DNA from: Gemmatimonadota bacterium
GTDB lineage: Bacteria; Gemmatimonadota; Gemmatimonadetes; Gemmatimonadales; GWC2-71-9
Direction of reading: 5' to 3'
DNA: 23,809 bases
Assembly: GCA_036679605.1 (NCBI GenBank)
Contig: JAZDCZ010000231.1
Location: forward strand, 1 to 23,809
Numbering within the stretch: the stretch's first letter is position 1; each line of letters begins with the position of its first letter. Position numbers and translations under genes: made by a program. Below, in pieces: positions 1 through 9,502 of the stretch. The notes beneath the pieces were generated by a model. That model saw only the letters and a program-made list of their open reading frames with translations. It did no database searches and was not told the DNA's origin.

Positions 1-194
1 TTTTGCCCTGCGGCTTTCTGTTCCGCCGACTTCTTTCGCTTCTTTGGCTTCGGGATCGGCGTGATGAACTCCGCGCGCCGACGGCTTTCAATGACCTGCT
101 GCGTGGGCTGGCCCTGGGCGTCGAGCTCCCAATGCCGCTGCGGGTAGTCGTACGGAGAGTTGAGGATGGGGCGTTCGAAAAATGGGTCAGACAT
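1..194 (-). CDS. Type III restriction enzyme Res subunit-like protein, N-terminal part (runs off the left edge)
   Basis: Not in the ORF track. Manual minus-strand translation from ATG at 194 gives MSDPFFERPILNSPYDYPQRHWELDAQGQPTQQVIESRRRAEFITPIPKPKKRKK, open to the window edge. The PILNSPY..P.RHW start is one I recognise from type III Res (BPTD_3080-like) proteins. Helicase motifs lie outside the window. Confidence 0.75.
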   Translation of the reverse strand, partial: MSDPFFERPILNSPYDYPQRHWELDAQGQPTQQVIESRRRAEFITPIPKPKKRKKSAEQKAAGQ

Positions 195-669
195 CTTCCC
201 GTCCTGACCGATCTGGCAGAAGGGCGATCATGTGTGCATTCTAGCAGCGTACACGCGATGCCCACCGTCACCAGCGGTGGCCCCTCGCGAGCGTGCAGGC
301 TGCGTTGAGCAGGTCACCAAGATCTCTCGCTGGCAGATGCAGCCGCGCTCGCCAGCCTGGGCGTCTCTCACATGGGCTACCTGGCCCGCACAAACCAGCT
401 GGAGGCTCGGAAGATCAGGCTACGAGGAGGGACGCCGTCGAAAAGTACGTCAACGACGATGAGGCGCGTAGTCGCAAATCCCTATAAGTCAGGGGGAGCG
501 CGGCGATAGGCGGCACCGCTAGTCGGCCGCTGGCGGTCACCTTTGATGTTTGCTCGACATCCGAACCTGGTTTCAAATGCGTAATCCTAGGATGTCCGGC
601 TTATACTTCCGTTTAGAAGACATGGCGATCTGGCCTTTGATGCCTCAAGACTGGGAGTGAGTTGACGGG

Positions 670-2379
670 ATGCTCCTGACGAACGTCAAAATCGAGAACT
701 TTAGGGGAATACGCAAGCTAGAACTGGGTCTCGGTGAGACGACTGTCCTCATCGGAGAGAACAATACCGGTAAGACGAGCATCCTCGAAGCTCTCCACAT
801 CTGCCTGAGCAGAGGACTTGGGGGTCGAACGGTACCTTTCTCAGAGTATGATCTTCACCTAGATTCACCAGGCCGTGACCCTGCTGACGCACCGCCTATT
901 TCGATCGTGTTGACCTTTGAAGAGCAAGCAAAGGACGAATGGTCAGACGAGATCACGCGAGCGCTTGGCGAAGTTCTGCAAATCGTGGACGACGACAGGC
1001 AATCTCTGATGCTTCGGATCACTTGCGTCTACGACAAGGCTGTTCGGGGTCTCGTTGCCGATTGGGTCTTCTTGAACCGCGAAGGAGACGAGTTGCCTCA
1101 CAAGCAGAGGAAGCTAGTGACCGATCTGCAGAACTTGGCTCCGGTATTCTTGCTGACCGCGATGCGCGATGCTTCGCGACATTTTCAATCTAGATCAGAC
1201 TTCTGGGGTCCGTTCACACGGAATCCACAGATCGCCGAGGACAAGCGAAAGGAAATAGAAGAGCAGATCGGGCAGATCAATCAGTCGGTGTTAGACACGC
1301 ACAAGCCCTTCGACGTTGTAAGGGAACGGCTCACAAAGACAGGTAAGTTCGTCCCGCTCGCGGCGACCGACATGGTAAGCGTTGAGGCTGTGCCCGCGCG
1401 AATCGTTGACATGCTCAATCGGACGCAAGTCAAGCTTGCGTCCCCGACGGGAGCCCGCCTCCCGATCGGCCAGCACGGATCTGGTACTCAGAGCCTGTCC
1501 GTAATCTTCCTCTTTGAAGCGTTCCTACAGTCTCGACTCGCAGACTCGTATGGCGAGAACGCCGTGCCAATCCTAGCCTTGGAGGAACCCGAGGCACACT
1601 TGCATCCTTCGGCGATTCGCGGGATTTGGCAGACTGTCGATGCGTTGGCAGGCCAGAAGGTCGTCGCATCTCATTCTGGTGACCTTCTCTCGGTCGTACC
1701 GGTCAAGGCCATACGAAGACTCGCGAGAAAATCTGGTGACATCATGGTATTCAAGCTTGAAGATGGCACCCTCACCCAGACCGAGGAAAACAAGCTGACT
1801 TATCACGTCCGCGAGTCACGGGGATCGCTTCTGTTTGCAAAGTGCTGGCTTCTCGTAGAGGGAGAGACAGACTTCTGGATCGTTCGAGAATTCGCCAAGC
1901 ACCTGAAGCATGACTTGGATGGCGCCGCAGTAGCCTGCGTCGACCAACGGAACTGGAACGTGACAGCGCTGCTGAAGACAGCTCGCGACCTAGGGATAGA
2001 GTGGCATCTTCTCGCCGATGGTGATGACCAAGGCAATCAGGATGTGAAGTCTGCCAGGGACTTCTTGGGTGCAGATCCCCAAGGCGACCATATTACTCAA
2101 ATCACGCAGCTCGACATCGAACATTGTTTGTGGGACCACGGATACGCATACGTTTACGAGAAAGCTGTGGGGCCTCAACAGAAGTCGGTGATCACTGCGA
2201 AGAAGGGTACGCCTGATTACGCCGATCAGACGATCAAAGCGGCAACGAAACCCCGAGGGGCGAAGCTGGCGTTGGCGTATGAGGTAGCCTTGGAAGCGGT
2301 GGGGTCAGGTTCACCCGGCATCCCCGACCAGATTGCGACGGCGTTGGAATCAGCGATCAAGCTCGCCGACGAATCATGA
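670..2379 (+). CDS. OLD-family ATP-dependent endonuclease (ABC-type ATPase + TOPRIM), GajA-like
   Basis: N-terminal IENFRGI, Walker A GENNTGKT, signature-like HGSGTQS, Walker B/D-loop LALEEPEAHLHP, H-loop SHS, TOPRIM LLVEGETD and DxD (LADGD). GGGAG/GAG upstream of the start. Confidence 0.92.
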   Translation: MLLTNVKIENFRGIRKLELGLGETTVLIGENNTGKTSILEALHICLSRGLGGRTVPFSEYDLHLDSPGRDPADAPPISIVLTFEEQAKDEWSDEITRALGEVLQIVDDDRQSLMLRITCVYDKAVRGLVADWVFLNREGDELPHKQRKLVTDLQNLAPVFLLTAMRDASRHFQSRSDFWGPFTRNPQIAEDKRKEIEEQIGQINQSVLDTHKPFDVVRERLTKTGKFVPLAATDMVSVEAVPARIVDMLNRTQVKLASPTGARLPIGQHGSGTQSLSVIFLFEAFLQSRLADSYGENAVPILALEEPEAHLHPSAIRGIWQTVDALAGQKVVASHSGDLLSVVPVKAIRRLARKSGDIMVFKLEDGTLTQTEENKLTYHVRESRGSLLFAKCWLLVEGETDFWIVREFAKHLKHDLDGAAVACVDQRNWNVTALLKTARDLGIEWHLLADGDDQGNQDVKSARDFLGADPQGDHITQITQLDIEHCLWDHGYAYVYEKAVGPQQKSVITAKKGTPDYADQTIKAATKPRGAKLALAYEVALEAVGSGSPGIPDQIATALESAIKLADES

Positions 2380-4301
2380 TGACCTTAAATTTGGCGGATC
2401 TGAATGAGAGCCAAGCTGCCGCGACTCGGTGGGAGGAGGGGCCGCTATTGGTGCTCGCTGGGCCGGGATCTGGCAAGACTCGCGTCCTGACCTATAGAGT
2501 GGCTCGATTGATCGATGGGACACCCGATTCCCAGTTCCGTGTGCTGGCAGTCACATTCACGAACAAGGCCGCTTCGGAGATGCGTTCGAGGATAGACAGC
2601 CTGCTTTCACATGGTCGACAGCGGGTGAAGATCACCACGTTCCATGCCCTGGCGGCAGACACGCTACGCCAGCATGGCAGCCATATCGGAATACGACCTG
2701 ATTTCATGATTCTATCTGAGGCCGCTGATCGGGAGGCGGTATTGAGTGAGGCAATACAAGCTGCAATTCAGGACGACGACGAATTCCAACCGAGAGCACC
2801 CCAGTTGATGCCTGTGATCGACAGGCTATTGGATGAATGCGTGAGTTCGGATCAGGCAGAGGGAGCACTGGAAGGCACCCCACACGCGACCGAACTCGCC
2901 GCAGTATACCGCGAGTACATGACCGCGCTAGTTCGAGGAAACCACCTTGACTTCGGCTCTCTGATCGCCTTCGCAGTGCGACTCCTTGAGGAGAAGCCGG
3001 CGGTGGCTAGGCAGATCCAGCGCGTGTACTCGTATGTCTGCGTAGACGAGTTTCAAGACACAAATGCTTCTCAGTTCAAATTCCTGGTTCAGCTCGTGCC
3101 TGAGGAGCGAGCAAACCTTTTCGTGGTGGCAGACGACGACCAGATGATCTACCAATGGAACGGCGCCAGTCCTGCCCGCCTAAAGGAGCTACGAACGAGA
3201 TTTGACATGCCGGTCGTTCAGCTCCCAGAGAACTTTCGTTGTCCGCCGGAAGTTATCTCGCTTGCGAATAGGCTCATACAGCACAACGACGATCGGTCCG
3301 CAGATAAGGTACCTCTCGTTAGTCACAAAGCACGTGGCGAGGGCCGCGTGGTTACAAAGCGCTTCGAGGACTTCGACGCTGAACTCCGCTGGCTGGCGGA
3401 TCGGCTCAAACGGTTCACCTCTGCGGAGCGGTCGAACTGTGTGGTGTTGGCGCGCCGCAAGAAGCTACTTGAGAGTGCAGTGGACGTACTGAATGCGCAG
3501 GGTGTACCTGCGCATCTTGCGGTTCGCAAGAACGAGTTCCAGTCAGCCCCGTTTCGTTGGTTGCATGGCATGCTGAGGCTCGCTAATGCTCGGCATGACC
3601 GGGGGCAACTTCGTCGGGTCAGTAGGGCGTTCGCACAACTGGAGGGGATAAGCATCGAGGTCGATGACGTGGTTGCCCAGGCAGCCGTTGACTCAACAGA
3701 CTTCCTTCGCACATGGGTTCAACTCGCCAGAGGACGTCGCTCGCTCGAATCTCAGACTGCGCTGCTACTAGACATGACTGAATCGACACTAGTTGATCGA
3801 CTTGACTACTGGGATTTCGTTGAGGCCGGTTTCCAATGGTTCTCTGAGGTTGAGACGCGACCGAGAGATCCGGAAGAGACGGCATTCGACGAGTACGCAG
3901 ATGAGCTTGGAGCCTGGCATGCGCTCGTGGCCGAAATTGGCGGTCACTACGACCGAAAGGAATTGAGCCTCCACAAGTTCCTACAGGAGCTGGATCTGCG
4001 GGCAAAGGAGGTGCCGCCACCGACTAATGCGGTGCGTTGCCTGACAATCCACGGCTCTAAGGGGACCGAATTCCGGCACGTCTTCCTGATTGGCTTGGTA
4101 GAGGACGAGCTACCAAGCTGGGCGTCCAAGAAGAAAGGCGATTCTAGTGACGAGTTGCGGGAGGAGCGACGCGAGTGCTTTGTAGCGATTACGCGCGCTG
4201 AGGAAACGCTAACTATGACCTTCGCGCAAGAGTACTTCGGTTGGTCAAAGGAGCCTTCGCGCTTCCTGTTCGAGATGGGCGCACTTCGGTCGTCGCCTTG
4301 A
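2376..4301 (+). CDS. UvrD/PcrA/Rep-family SF1A helicase, GajB-like partner of the OLD nuclease
   Basis: LNESQ (Q motif), AGPGSGKT, VTFTNKAA, VDEFQDTN, DDDQMIYQW, ENFRC, TIHGSKGTEF, EERR..FVAITRA. ATGA overlap with the OLD stop indicates translational coupling. Confidence 0.93.
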   Translation: MMTLNLADLNESQAAATRWEEGPLLVLAGPGSGKTRVLTYRVARLIDGTPDSQFRVLAVTFTNKAASEMRSRIDSLLSHGRQRVKITTFHALAADTLRQHGSHIGIRPDFMILSEAADREAVLSEAIQAAIQDDDEFQPRAPQLMPVIDRLLDECVSSDQAEGALEGTPHATELAAVYREYMTALVRGNHLDFGSLIAFAVRLLEEKPAVARQIQRVYSYVCVDEFQDTNASQFKFLVQLVPEERANLFVVADDDQMIYQWNGASPARLKELRTRFDMPVVQLPENFRCPPEVISLANRLIQHNDDRSADKVPLVSHKARGEGRVVTKRFEDFDAELRWLADRLKRFTSAERSNCVVLARRKKLLESAVDVLNAQGVPAHLAVRKNEFQSAPFRWLHGMLRLANARHDRGQLRRVSRAFAQLEGISIEVDDVVAQAAVDSTDFLRTWVQLARGRRSLESQTALLLDMTESTLVDRLDYWDFVEAGFQWFSEVETRPRDPEETAFDEYADELGAWHALVAEIGGHYDRKELSLHKFLQELDLRAKEVPPPTNAVRCLTIHGSKGTEFRHVFLIGLVEDELPSWASKKKGDSSDELREERRECFVAITRAEETLTMTFAQEYFGWSKEPSRFLFEMGALRSSP

Positions 4302-4575
4302 TCTCGCAGGTTGGCATCGTCTACGCCGCCCGAGCTTCCCACCAGACTCCGCCTTCTTCCGCAGAGTGCATCAGAGTGAAGTCATTCAGTCAGCACAGTC
4401 TGAGCTGGTGATCATTCTTCTTGATCCGCGGCGGCCTGCCCGCGCGACCACGTATCAGGTTCAACGGAGAACTGACTCTTGCCAACAGTAGTCCGCTCCA
4501 TCTAGGGCGCGCTAATGATTGCCGACCCTGATCCCAGACTGACCTTTGGTGTAGTGCGCAGGAAGGCATCGCCGG

Positions 4576-4597
4576 GTTGCTGTCAGCGTTGCTGTCA
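4576..4597 (+). repeat. Direct repeat GTTGCTGTCA x2 (possible integrase arm-type site)
   Basis: Exact 10-mers at 4576-4585 and 4588-4597, about 60 nt from the tRNA fragment. The function is inferred. Confidence 0.45.
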
Positions 4598-4655
4598 AAC
4601 ACGTTAAGGCGCGGGCAGCGGCTCGGCGTGAAGAACGACTTCAGATACGAATTTG

Positions 4656-4701
4656 TGGAGGGCCCGGTGGGATTCGATTCGCGACTCCCGGATTAAAAGT
4701 C
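4656..4701 (-). pseudogene. 3' half of a tRNA-Lys(UUU), probable att-site remnant
   Basis: Reverse complement GACTTTTAATCCGGGAGTCGCGAATCGAATCCCACCGGGCCCTCCA contains the anticodon loop CTTTTAA, a variable loop, a degenerate T-arm (TCGAATC), the 3' acceptor strand and CCA. No D-arm or 5' acceptor strand is found upstream. Confidence 0.75.
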
Positions 4702-4740
4702 ACACTGTCCGGTGCCCAATTGCTAAGGCTTCAGACGCGA

Positions 4741-4761
4741 AATCCGGGGTGAAACCGGGGT
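4741..4761 (+). repeat. Direct repeat AAWCCGGGGT x2, 11-nt period (possible arm-type site)
   Basis: AATCCGGGGT at 4741-4750 and AAACCGGGGT at 4752-4761, between the tRNA fragment and the integrase remnant. Confidence 0.4.
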
Positions 4762-4854
4762 AGGAACAGGGCGAAAATCAACCTCGCGCCAGAACACGTC
4801 AATTGATAAGGCGCCAGATACGGAAACTTCAGGGAAATCGGGGGTCCGGCAGAA

Positions 4855-5025
4855 TCAAGTCAGGCTGCTGGGAGCGTTGCGGCGGTCGCCGGGGCTGAAG
4901 GAAGCATGGGCCTGAGCCGCCTTCTCTGCATCGTAGGATGCCGTGTAGCGGCGCAGCATCGCCGACGTTGAGTGACCAAGAAGGCGCTGAAGGACGATAG
5001 GGCCCGAGTGATTTCGCAGCCATCG
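4855..5025 (-). pseudogene. Tyrosine recombinase/integrase C-terminal remnant
   Basis: A frame missing from the ORF track reads RWLRNHSGPIVLQRLLGHSTSAMLRRYTASYDAEKAAQAHASFSPGDR...*. LLGH...RRY is the Box II His and catalytic Tyr region. An in-frame stop lies just upstream, and the HxxR motif and start are missing. Confidence 0.8.
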
Positions 5026-5346
5026 GTCACATCACTCACTCGACTGGTCCCAGAAGTCAACCTGAATCAGGCAGTTCTTGGAGAGCTAGAGGTTGAGTAT
5101 GTGAAGGCCATTGACGACGTCCACGCGCTCCGGTGCGGTTCGGGAGCAGTAAAGTGACGGTTGCCAACCTGGGTCGCGAAATGAGGGGGGGAGCGATGTT
5201 GGTCCGGGCGAGTGATCGTCTTCGGCCGGCTCACCCACGATGCCACGTTCGAGAGACGTGGTGGCGTGCCACTAACGCCTTCGCATTCGCGGTGGCAAGC
5301 ACTAGGCTGAGTAGGCTGACGGGAAGCGATCGAGGACTCATCGTAT

Positions 5347-6996
5347 ATGTCTCTCGGCGCGCCCGACGCATCTTATCCATGGATGAACGGGGAAAAGGGC
5401 TTCAAAGGCCAGAGGAATCTCTTGCGGCTTCGAGGGCGAGGCCGCCTGTTGTCGTTGCTCGAGACGCCGGTCCTACTGACTAGACTGGATGTTGCTCCCG
5501 ACGGACGGTTCGTTCCAGAGACTCGCGACTGGGCGACCTTCTGGGCCCCGGTGCATCAGCTCGCCAACAGGCAGGTCGACGACGCCCTCGAAGCGCTGCA
5601 CGCCGCCTGGCGGGATTACATCCGGTCCCGATTCGACCGGTCTTTGCAACGAGAGTACTGTTTCCGCTACTTCTCCGTGTTGGATCTTGTGCTATCGGCG
5701 GGCAGGCATGAGCAGCATTCGTCGTCATGGCAGAGTGCCCTCCGGGTCGTCGTAAACTTCGAGTGCTTCGGACTCAGGGCACCAGCTCTCGGTGAGGAGA
5801 TTCTGGCGGCTGGCATAGCGACGCTTCGCAACCCCTGTTATCTGCTGGCCAAGCTCAAATGGCCAGATGCTCTGGACGATACCCAATTCCTCCCACTCAT
5901 CGCGGTCTGTGACGATGGATCGCCGGGCCTGTTCTATCACTACCGCCAGTATGGGCTGGCGAAAGACTCCCCCATATCTCTTCTGCTCTACTTGGCGGCT
6001 TCTCCGGCGCATCGCTCATCGAGCTTTAGCCTCGTTGACTCACTGGTTGGGGGAATAAGTCCTGGACTAGATCCCCGCATCGGACAAAGGGCACGACGCT
6101 TGTGGGAGCGAATTCTGAGGCCGATTATCGAGGCCACCTACGCAGATCCATCAGGGCCAATCGGCCTCGAGTTTGTGGACGTTGGAGCGGGCAGCGGCGC
6201 TCTGACTGCCGCTCTATGTCGGAAGCTCCTGGCTTGGGGCGCTGTGGCCGGCTTATCGCCTCGATTCCGGCTGTGGTTTGTTGATCTGCGCCTTGCCGAT
6301 CCGGCGCGGTTTTTCCGCAGTCGCGATCTGAAGAATTCGGTGGACGGGTTGATGTTTCTTGGCGACGATTATCGCGGCTGGCTGGCGCGACCCCGGCCGC
6401 TGCCCGGATCCTCAGGTCTGCGCGTGGCGCTGGTCTCGAAACTCCTCAACAACCTGAGTCGATTCTCCGTCTGCAGCCTTAGGACAGATGCGCTACCATC
6501 GCCTGTCGTTGGCTCGGTGTTCTTCAAGGAGGGAAAGCACCTGCCCTCTTACTGTCTGTCGCCCGAGGGTCCGGGTCCCGAGGCCCTCATGGTTTCCAGC
6601 TCGCGCGTCGCATTGCCGGAGGGACGCACCTTTGCGCAGGCGTCCCTCTCGAACTTCTATAGGGCAGTCCAGCTGGCTCTAGCCGCTGATGGTTCCAGTG
6701 GCGGACTGGATAGCGGGGTGTGCTTACCGTTGAGGGCTTTCAACCCCGAATGTCTAGTCGCATCGGATGGGGCGAGCGTCGTAGGGCGGTTGCTGGAGCA
6801 TTGCGACTACCTGATTGTGGAAGACGCCGACTTGCGGCCAAAGGAACTTGTCGAACACCTGCGGACGTTTTCGCTCCAGGAGTTAACCGCCTGTGACATG
6901 ACGAAGGCGCTTGGCCTCATGGGGAATCACGCCTACGTGCTCTGGAGCAAGCGCAGTAGGAAACCTCAGCTAGGGGGAAAGCGGCGACTGTGGTAA
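5347..6996 (+). CDS. Uncharacterised protein with a C-terminal class I SAM-dependent methyltransferase-like domain
   Basis: Motif I FVDVGAGSGAL, acidic end of strand 2 (LWFVDL), and an SKLLNNL segment at the motif IV position. No DPPY/NPPY or PC motif seen. The N-terminal ~250 aa are unrecognised and the start is uncertain (5347 or 5383). Confidence 0.65.
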   Translation: MSLGAPDASYPWMNGEKGFKGQRNLLRLRGRGRLLSLLETPVLLTRLDVAPDGRFVPETRDWATFWAPVHQLANRQVDDALEALHAAWRDYIRSRFDRSLQREYCFRYFSVLDLVLSAGRHEQHSSSWQSALRVVVNFECFGLRAPALGEEILAAGIATLRNPCYLLAKLKWPDALDDTQFLPLIAVCDDGSPGLFYHYRQYGLAKDSPISLLLYLAASPAHRSSSFSLVDSLVGGISPGLDPRIGQRARRLWERILRPIIEATYADPSGPIGLEFVDVGAGSGALTAALCRKLLAWGAVAGLSPRFRLWFVDLRLADPARFFRSRDLKNSVDGLMFLGDDYRGWLARPRPLPGSSGLRVALVSKLLNNLSRFSVCSLRTDALPSPVVGSVFFKEGKHLPSYCLSPEGPGPEALMVSSSRVALPEGRTFAQASLSNFYRAVQLALAADGSSGGLDSGVCLPLRAFNPECLVASDGASVVGRLLEHCDYLIVEDADLRPKELVEHLRTFSLQELTACDMTKALGLMGNHAYVLWSKRSRKPQLGGKRRLW

Positions 6997-7943
6997 CCGT
7001 CATTAAGGCAGCACGCAAATCGCCCGTCTTGACGCCATCGAGCCTTGCCTGCCTCTCGGTGATGCCGACTATCAATCTCACGGCCGGCTGCCTGCACGAC
7101 TGCGCTTATTGCTACATCCGCGGCTATCGCACCTATCCGGGGGGCAACAGAGTCACCGTCTATGCGAATACTCTCGAGAAGCTGCGCAGTGAACTTACCC
7201 GAAGACGCACGAAACCGCGCGCGGTCTACTTCAGCCCTTCGAGCGACCTGTTCCAGCCGGTGCCGGAGGTTCTCGAACTCGCTGAGGCGCTTCTCAGATT
7301 CCTGTTCAGCCAGGGCATCGGTGCTGCCTTCCTCACAAAAGGTCGCATTCCCGAGGGCACCCTGAGCCTCCTCACCGATAATGCAGAGCTGGTTCGTGCG
7401 CAGATCGGCATCATCACACTGGACGAGGGCATCTCACAGGCGTTTGAGCGCAGCGCCGCTAGCCCCCAGAGGCGTCTAGCACAAATGGAAGTGCTCATAA
7501 AGGGAGGCGTTCCGACAGAGGCTCGCCTCGACCCCATTCTGCCCGGTTTGACCGATGACGATCGTGCAGCCGATCGCCTCTTTGCTGCGCTGGCGCAGGT
7601 CGGAGTGAAGCGCGCCGCCATCGGCGTTCTCTTCCTCAGGCCTGCCATCGTTGCGTCACTGAGGGGAAACGTGCCCGACAAAGAGGTGCTGGCGCGCCTT
7701 CTCAGCCAGTACCGACAAAGGCATCAGGTAAGCATCCGTGCCAACGAGTCGTCCGTCCAGACTCTGCCGCTTGAAGCTAGGCGCGAGATCTTTGCGCGGA
7801 TGGCAGAAGCTGCTGCGACCCATGGGATCGAGCTGAGCATCTGCGCCTGCAAGAACCCCGATCTGGCGCGCGGCTCCTGTAACATCGCCGGCGCGTGGCC
7901 CAGGCAGCAGCCCTGCGCTGTGCAGCCGTTGCTCGTGAAGTAA
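6990..7943 (+). CDS. Radical SAM protein, spore photoproduct lyase-like/Rv2578c-like
   Basis: INLTAGCLHDCAYCY (CxxxCxxC), SPSSDLFQP, FLTKG, DPILPGLTD, and extra C-terminal Cys (ICACKN...SC). GTG start overlaps the upstream stop. Confidence 0.85.
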   Translation: MVTVIKAARKSPVLTPSSLACLSVMPTINLTAGCLHDCAYCYIRGYRTYPGGNRVTVYANTLEKLRSELTRRRTKPRAVYFSPSSDLFQPVPEVLELAEALLRFLFSQGIGAAFLTKGRIPEGTLSLLTDNAELVRAQIGIITLDEGISQAFERSAASPQRRLAQMEVLIKGGVPTEARLDPILPGLTDDDRAADRLFAALAQVGVKRAAIGVLFLRPAIVASLRGNVPDKEVLARLLSQYRQRHQVSIRANESSVQTLPLEARREIFARMAEAAATHGIELSICACKNPDLARGSCNIAGAWPRQQPCAVQPLLVK

Positions 7944-7966
7944 CCTCCCAACTGGGGGTTGAAAGG

Positions 7967-8614
7967 GTGGATCGCGTGCTCCAGGAAATACCGATTGATC
8001 GCCTCGTCCCACATCCTGAGAACAGCAATCATATGAATGCTGAGGTGCTGCGGAAACTGCGTGGGCATATCGAACGGACAGGGAGGTATGAACCGCTGAC
8101 CGTCCGCCAGCACCCAAGCACTGAAGACAAATATGAGGTGCTGAACGGTCACAACCGACTCCGCGTCCTCCGAGCCATCGGACATGAATCGGCGCGTTGC
8201 GTCATCTGGGACGTCGACGACGCTCAGGCAAGACTATATCTGGCCACCCTTAACCGGCTCGCTGGCGCGGATGTTCCGGAACGCCGCGCGGCGCTTCTGG
8301 AGAGCCTGCTAGGAAGCTTCGACGTTGATGATCTGGCCGGACTGCTCCCTGAAGACCGGGGCCAGATCGAGGAGTTGGAGCGTCTGGCGCGGCTGGAGCC
8401 TGCGGAACTCGTCCCTGCGAGCGCCTCTGGAGAGCATGGCTCTCATGTTTCGGTCATCCTCGACTTTGTCCTGGAGGAGGCTGAAGCCAAGGAAGTGAAT
8501 CTAGCCCTTGACCTGATTCGAGCCTCCGACGAGGAAAAAGCCTCTCGCATCCAGGCGCTTGTTCTGCTGGCACGCTTCTACCTTACCCGTTGTCGGCCAG
8601 ATCAAACTGCGTAA
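7967..8614 (+). CDS. ParB/Srx N-terminal domain protein
   Basis: IPIDRLVPHPENSN...IERTGRYEPLTVR...YEVLNGHNRLRVLRAIG. Start moved to GTG 7967 (or 7976) to avoid overlap with the radical SAM gene. No parA neighbour. Confidence 0.85.
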   Translation: MDRVLQEIPIDRLVPHPENSNHMNAEVLRKLRGHIERTGRYEPLTVRQHPSTEDKYEVLNGHNRLRVLRAIGHESARCVIWDVDDAQARLYLATLNRLAGADVPERRAALLESLLGSFDVDDLAGLLPEDRGQIEELERLARLEPAELVPASASGEHGSHVSVILDFVLEEAEAKEVNLALDLIRASDEEKASRIQALVLLARFYLTRCRPDQTA

Positions 8615-8646
8615 ACCCGTTCTGTCAGTCATCGAGGCGAAACGCT

Positions 8647-9045
8647 ATGGGGAATGATCTCTTCGCGGAGCACCTCCAGCGGTTCAAGGAGAAGGAGAAC
8701 CCAGAGGCGGTGCTCCTCGTTGCGGACGATCCCGAGTCTATAAAGATCATCGTGGCCTGGACCACCCTTGATGTGCGTTCAGTCAACGAGCAATCGCCTC
8801 TGACCGGGCAGTCGAACCGTGAGATATGGGATTGGCTGTGGGCCAATGCCCACTATTCCCTCGCCGAATTGGCAGAGATGAGCAGCTTATCCTTCCCATT
8901 CGTCGAGCGGAGGCTCAAGCCGCTCATCAGCAATCGCGTGTTGTACCCCGACGGCACGGTCAACTCGTTCGTGCAGCGTTACCTTCGGGAGCGGGTGCTC
9001 AAGTTGTTCGACACGAAATCCAGGAAGTTGGCAAAGGGCACCTGA
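8647..9045 (+). CDS. Hypothetical protein, possible C-terminal winged helix
   Basis: ATG at 8647 preceded by GAGG and co-oriented with the operon. YSLAELAEMSSLSFPFVERRLKPLISNRVLYPDGTV has an HTH-plus-wing pattern. Confidence 0.65.
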   Translation: MGNDLFAEHLQRFKEKENPEAVLLVADDPESIKIIVAWTTLDVRSVNEQSPLTGQSNREIWDWLWANAHYSLAELAEMSSLSFPFVERRLKPLISNRVLYPDGTVNSFVQRYLRERVLKLFDTKSRKLAKGT

Positions 9046-9502
9046 CGCCTCCGCTGTAGAGCGGAGAAACTTACAGCTTCCGATCGGGATACGGCTGACT
9101 ATGGTTGGCTTGGTTGCTCGGGCACAACACTCGAGGGACTCTTTGACCCGTCTCCTTAGGATTCCGTATCTCAAGTCCGGGAGTCAGGGGCCCATCCCGG
9201 CCACGGTGTGCCGCATCCTGCTAGCCGAGTTGCCGCGCGAACTCGAACGCGATGAGGCAGCGTTGACAATAGTGGTTGGGGTCGACGTCACCAACCATAC
9301 AGCCGGGCAAGTACGACCTCGTTGCGTTCGGCAGCTTCTATCGCCTCGTCTGACGGGTAACCGTACAGGACCGGGACGACGGCACCAGACTCTCCGCATC
9401 TGGGGCACGAGCTGACCTTCGGCTTACCCGTCTAGGCAACCCACGACACGCCGAATAGGCCAGACTTTTCCACATATGCGCATTTTCGCTAGGGCCTAGT
9501 TC

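Noticed and set aside
3..487. Plus-strand ORFs 3-308, 232-462 and 293-487
   Set aside because: No motifs. The first is antisense to the recognisable Res-like N-terminus.
4656..4701. Functional tRNA-Lys gene
   Set aside because: The 5' acceptor strand and D-arm are absent and the T-stem does not pair properly.
4829..5483. Track ORFs 4829-5023, 4860-5060, 4972-5157 and 5133-5483
   Set aside because: The recognisable signal (integrase C-terminus) is in a different minus frame, and these ORFs have no supporting features.
5347..6996. Canonical R-M DNA methyltransferase (e.g. the type III Mod partner)
   Set aside because: Only a SAM-binding motif is evident, with no DPPY/NPPY or PC catalytic motif, and it is not adjacent to the Res-like gene.
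7967..8614. Chromosome or plasmid partition locus
   Set aside because: No parA, no parS palindrome noticed, and no evident ParB central HTH.
9101..9415. 104-aa ORF between the radical SAM operon and the regulators
   Set aside because: No RBS, motif or convincing composition. Treated as intergenic, though a decayed gene cannot be excluded.
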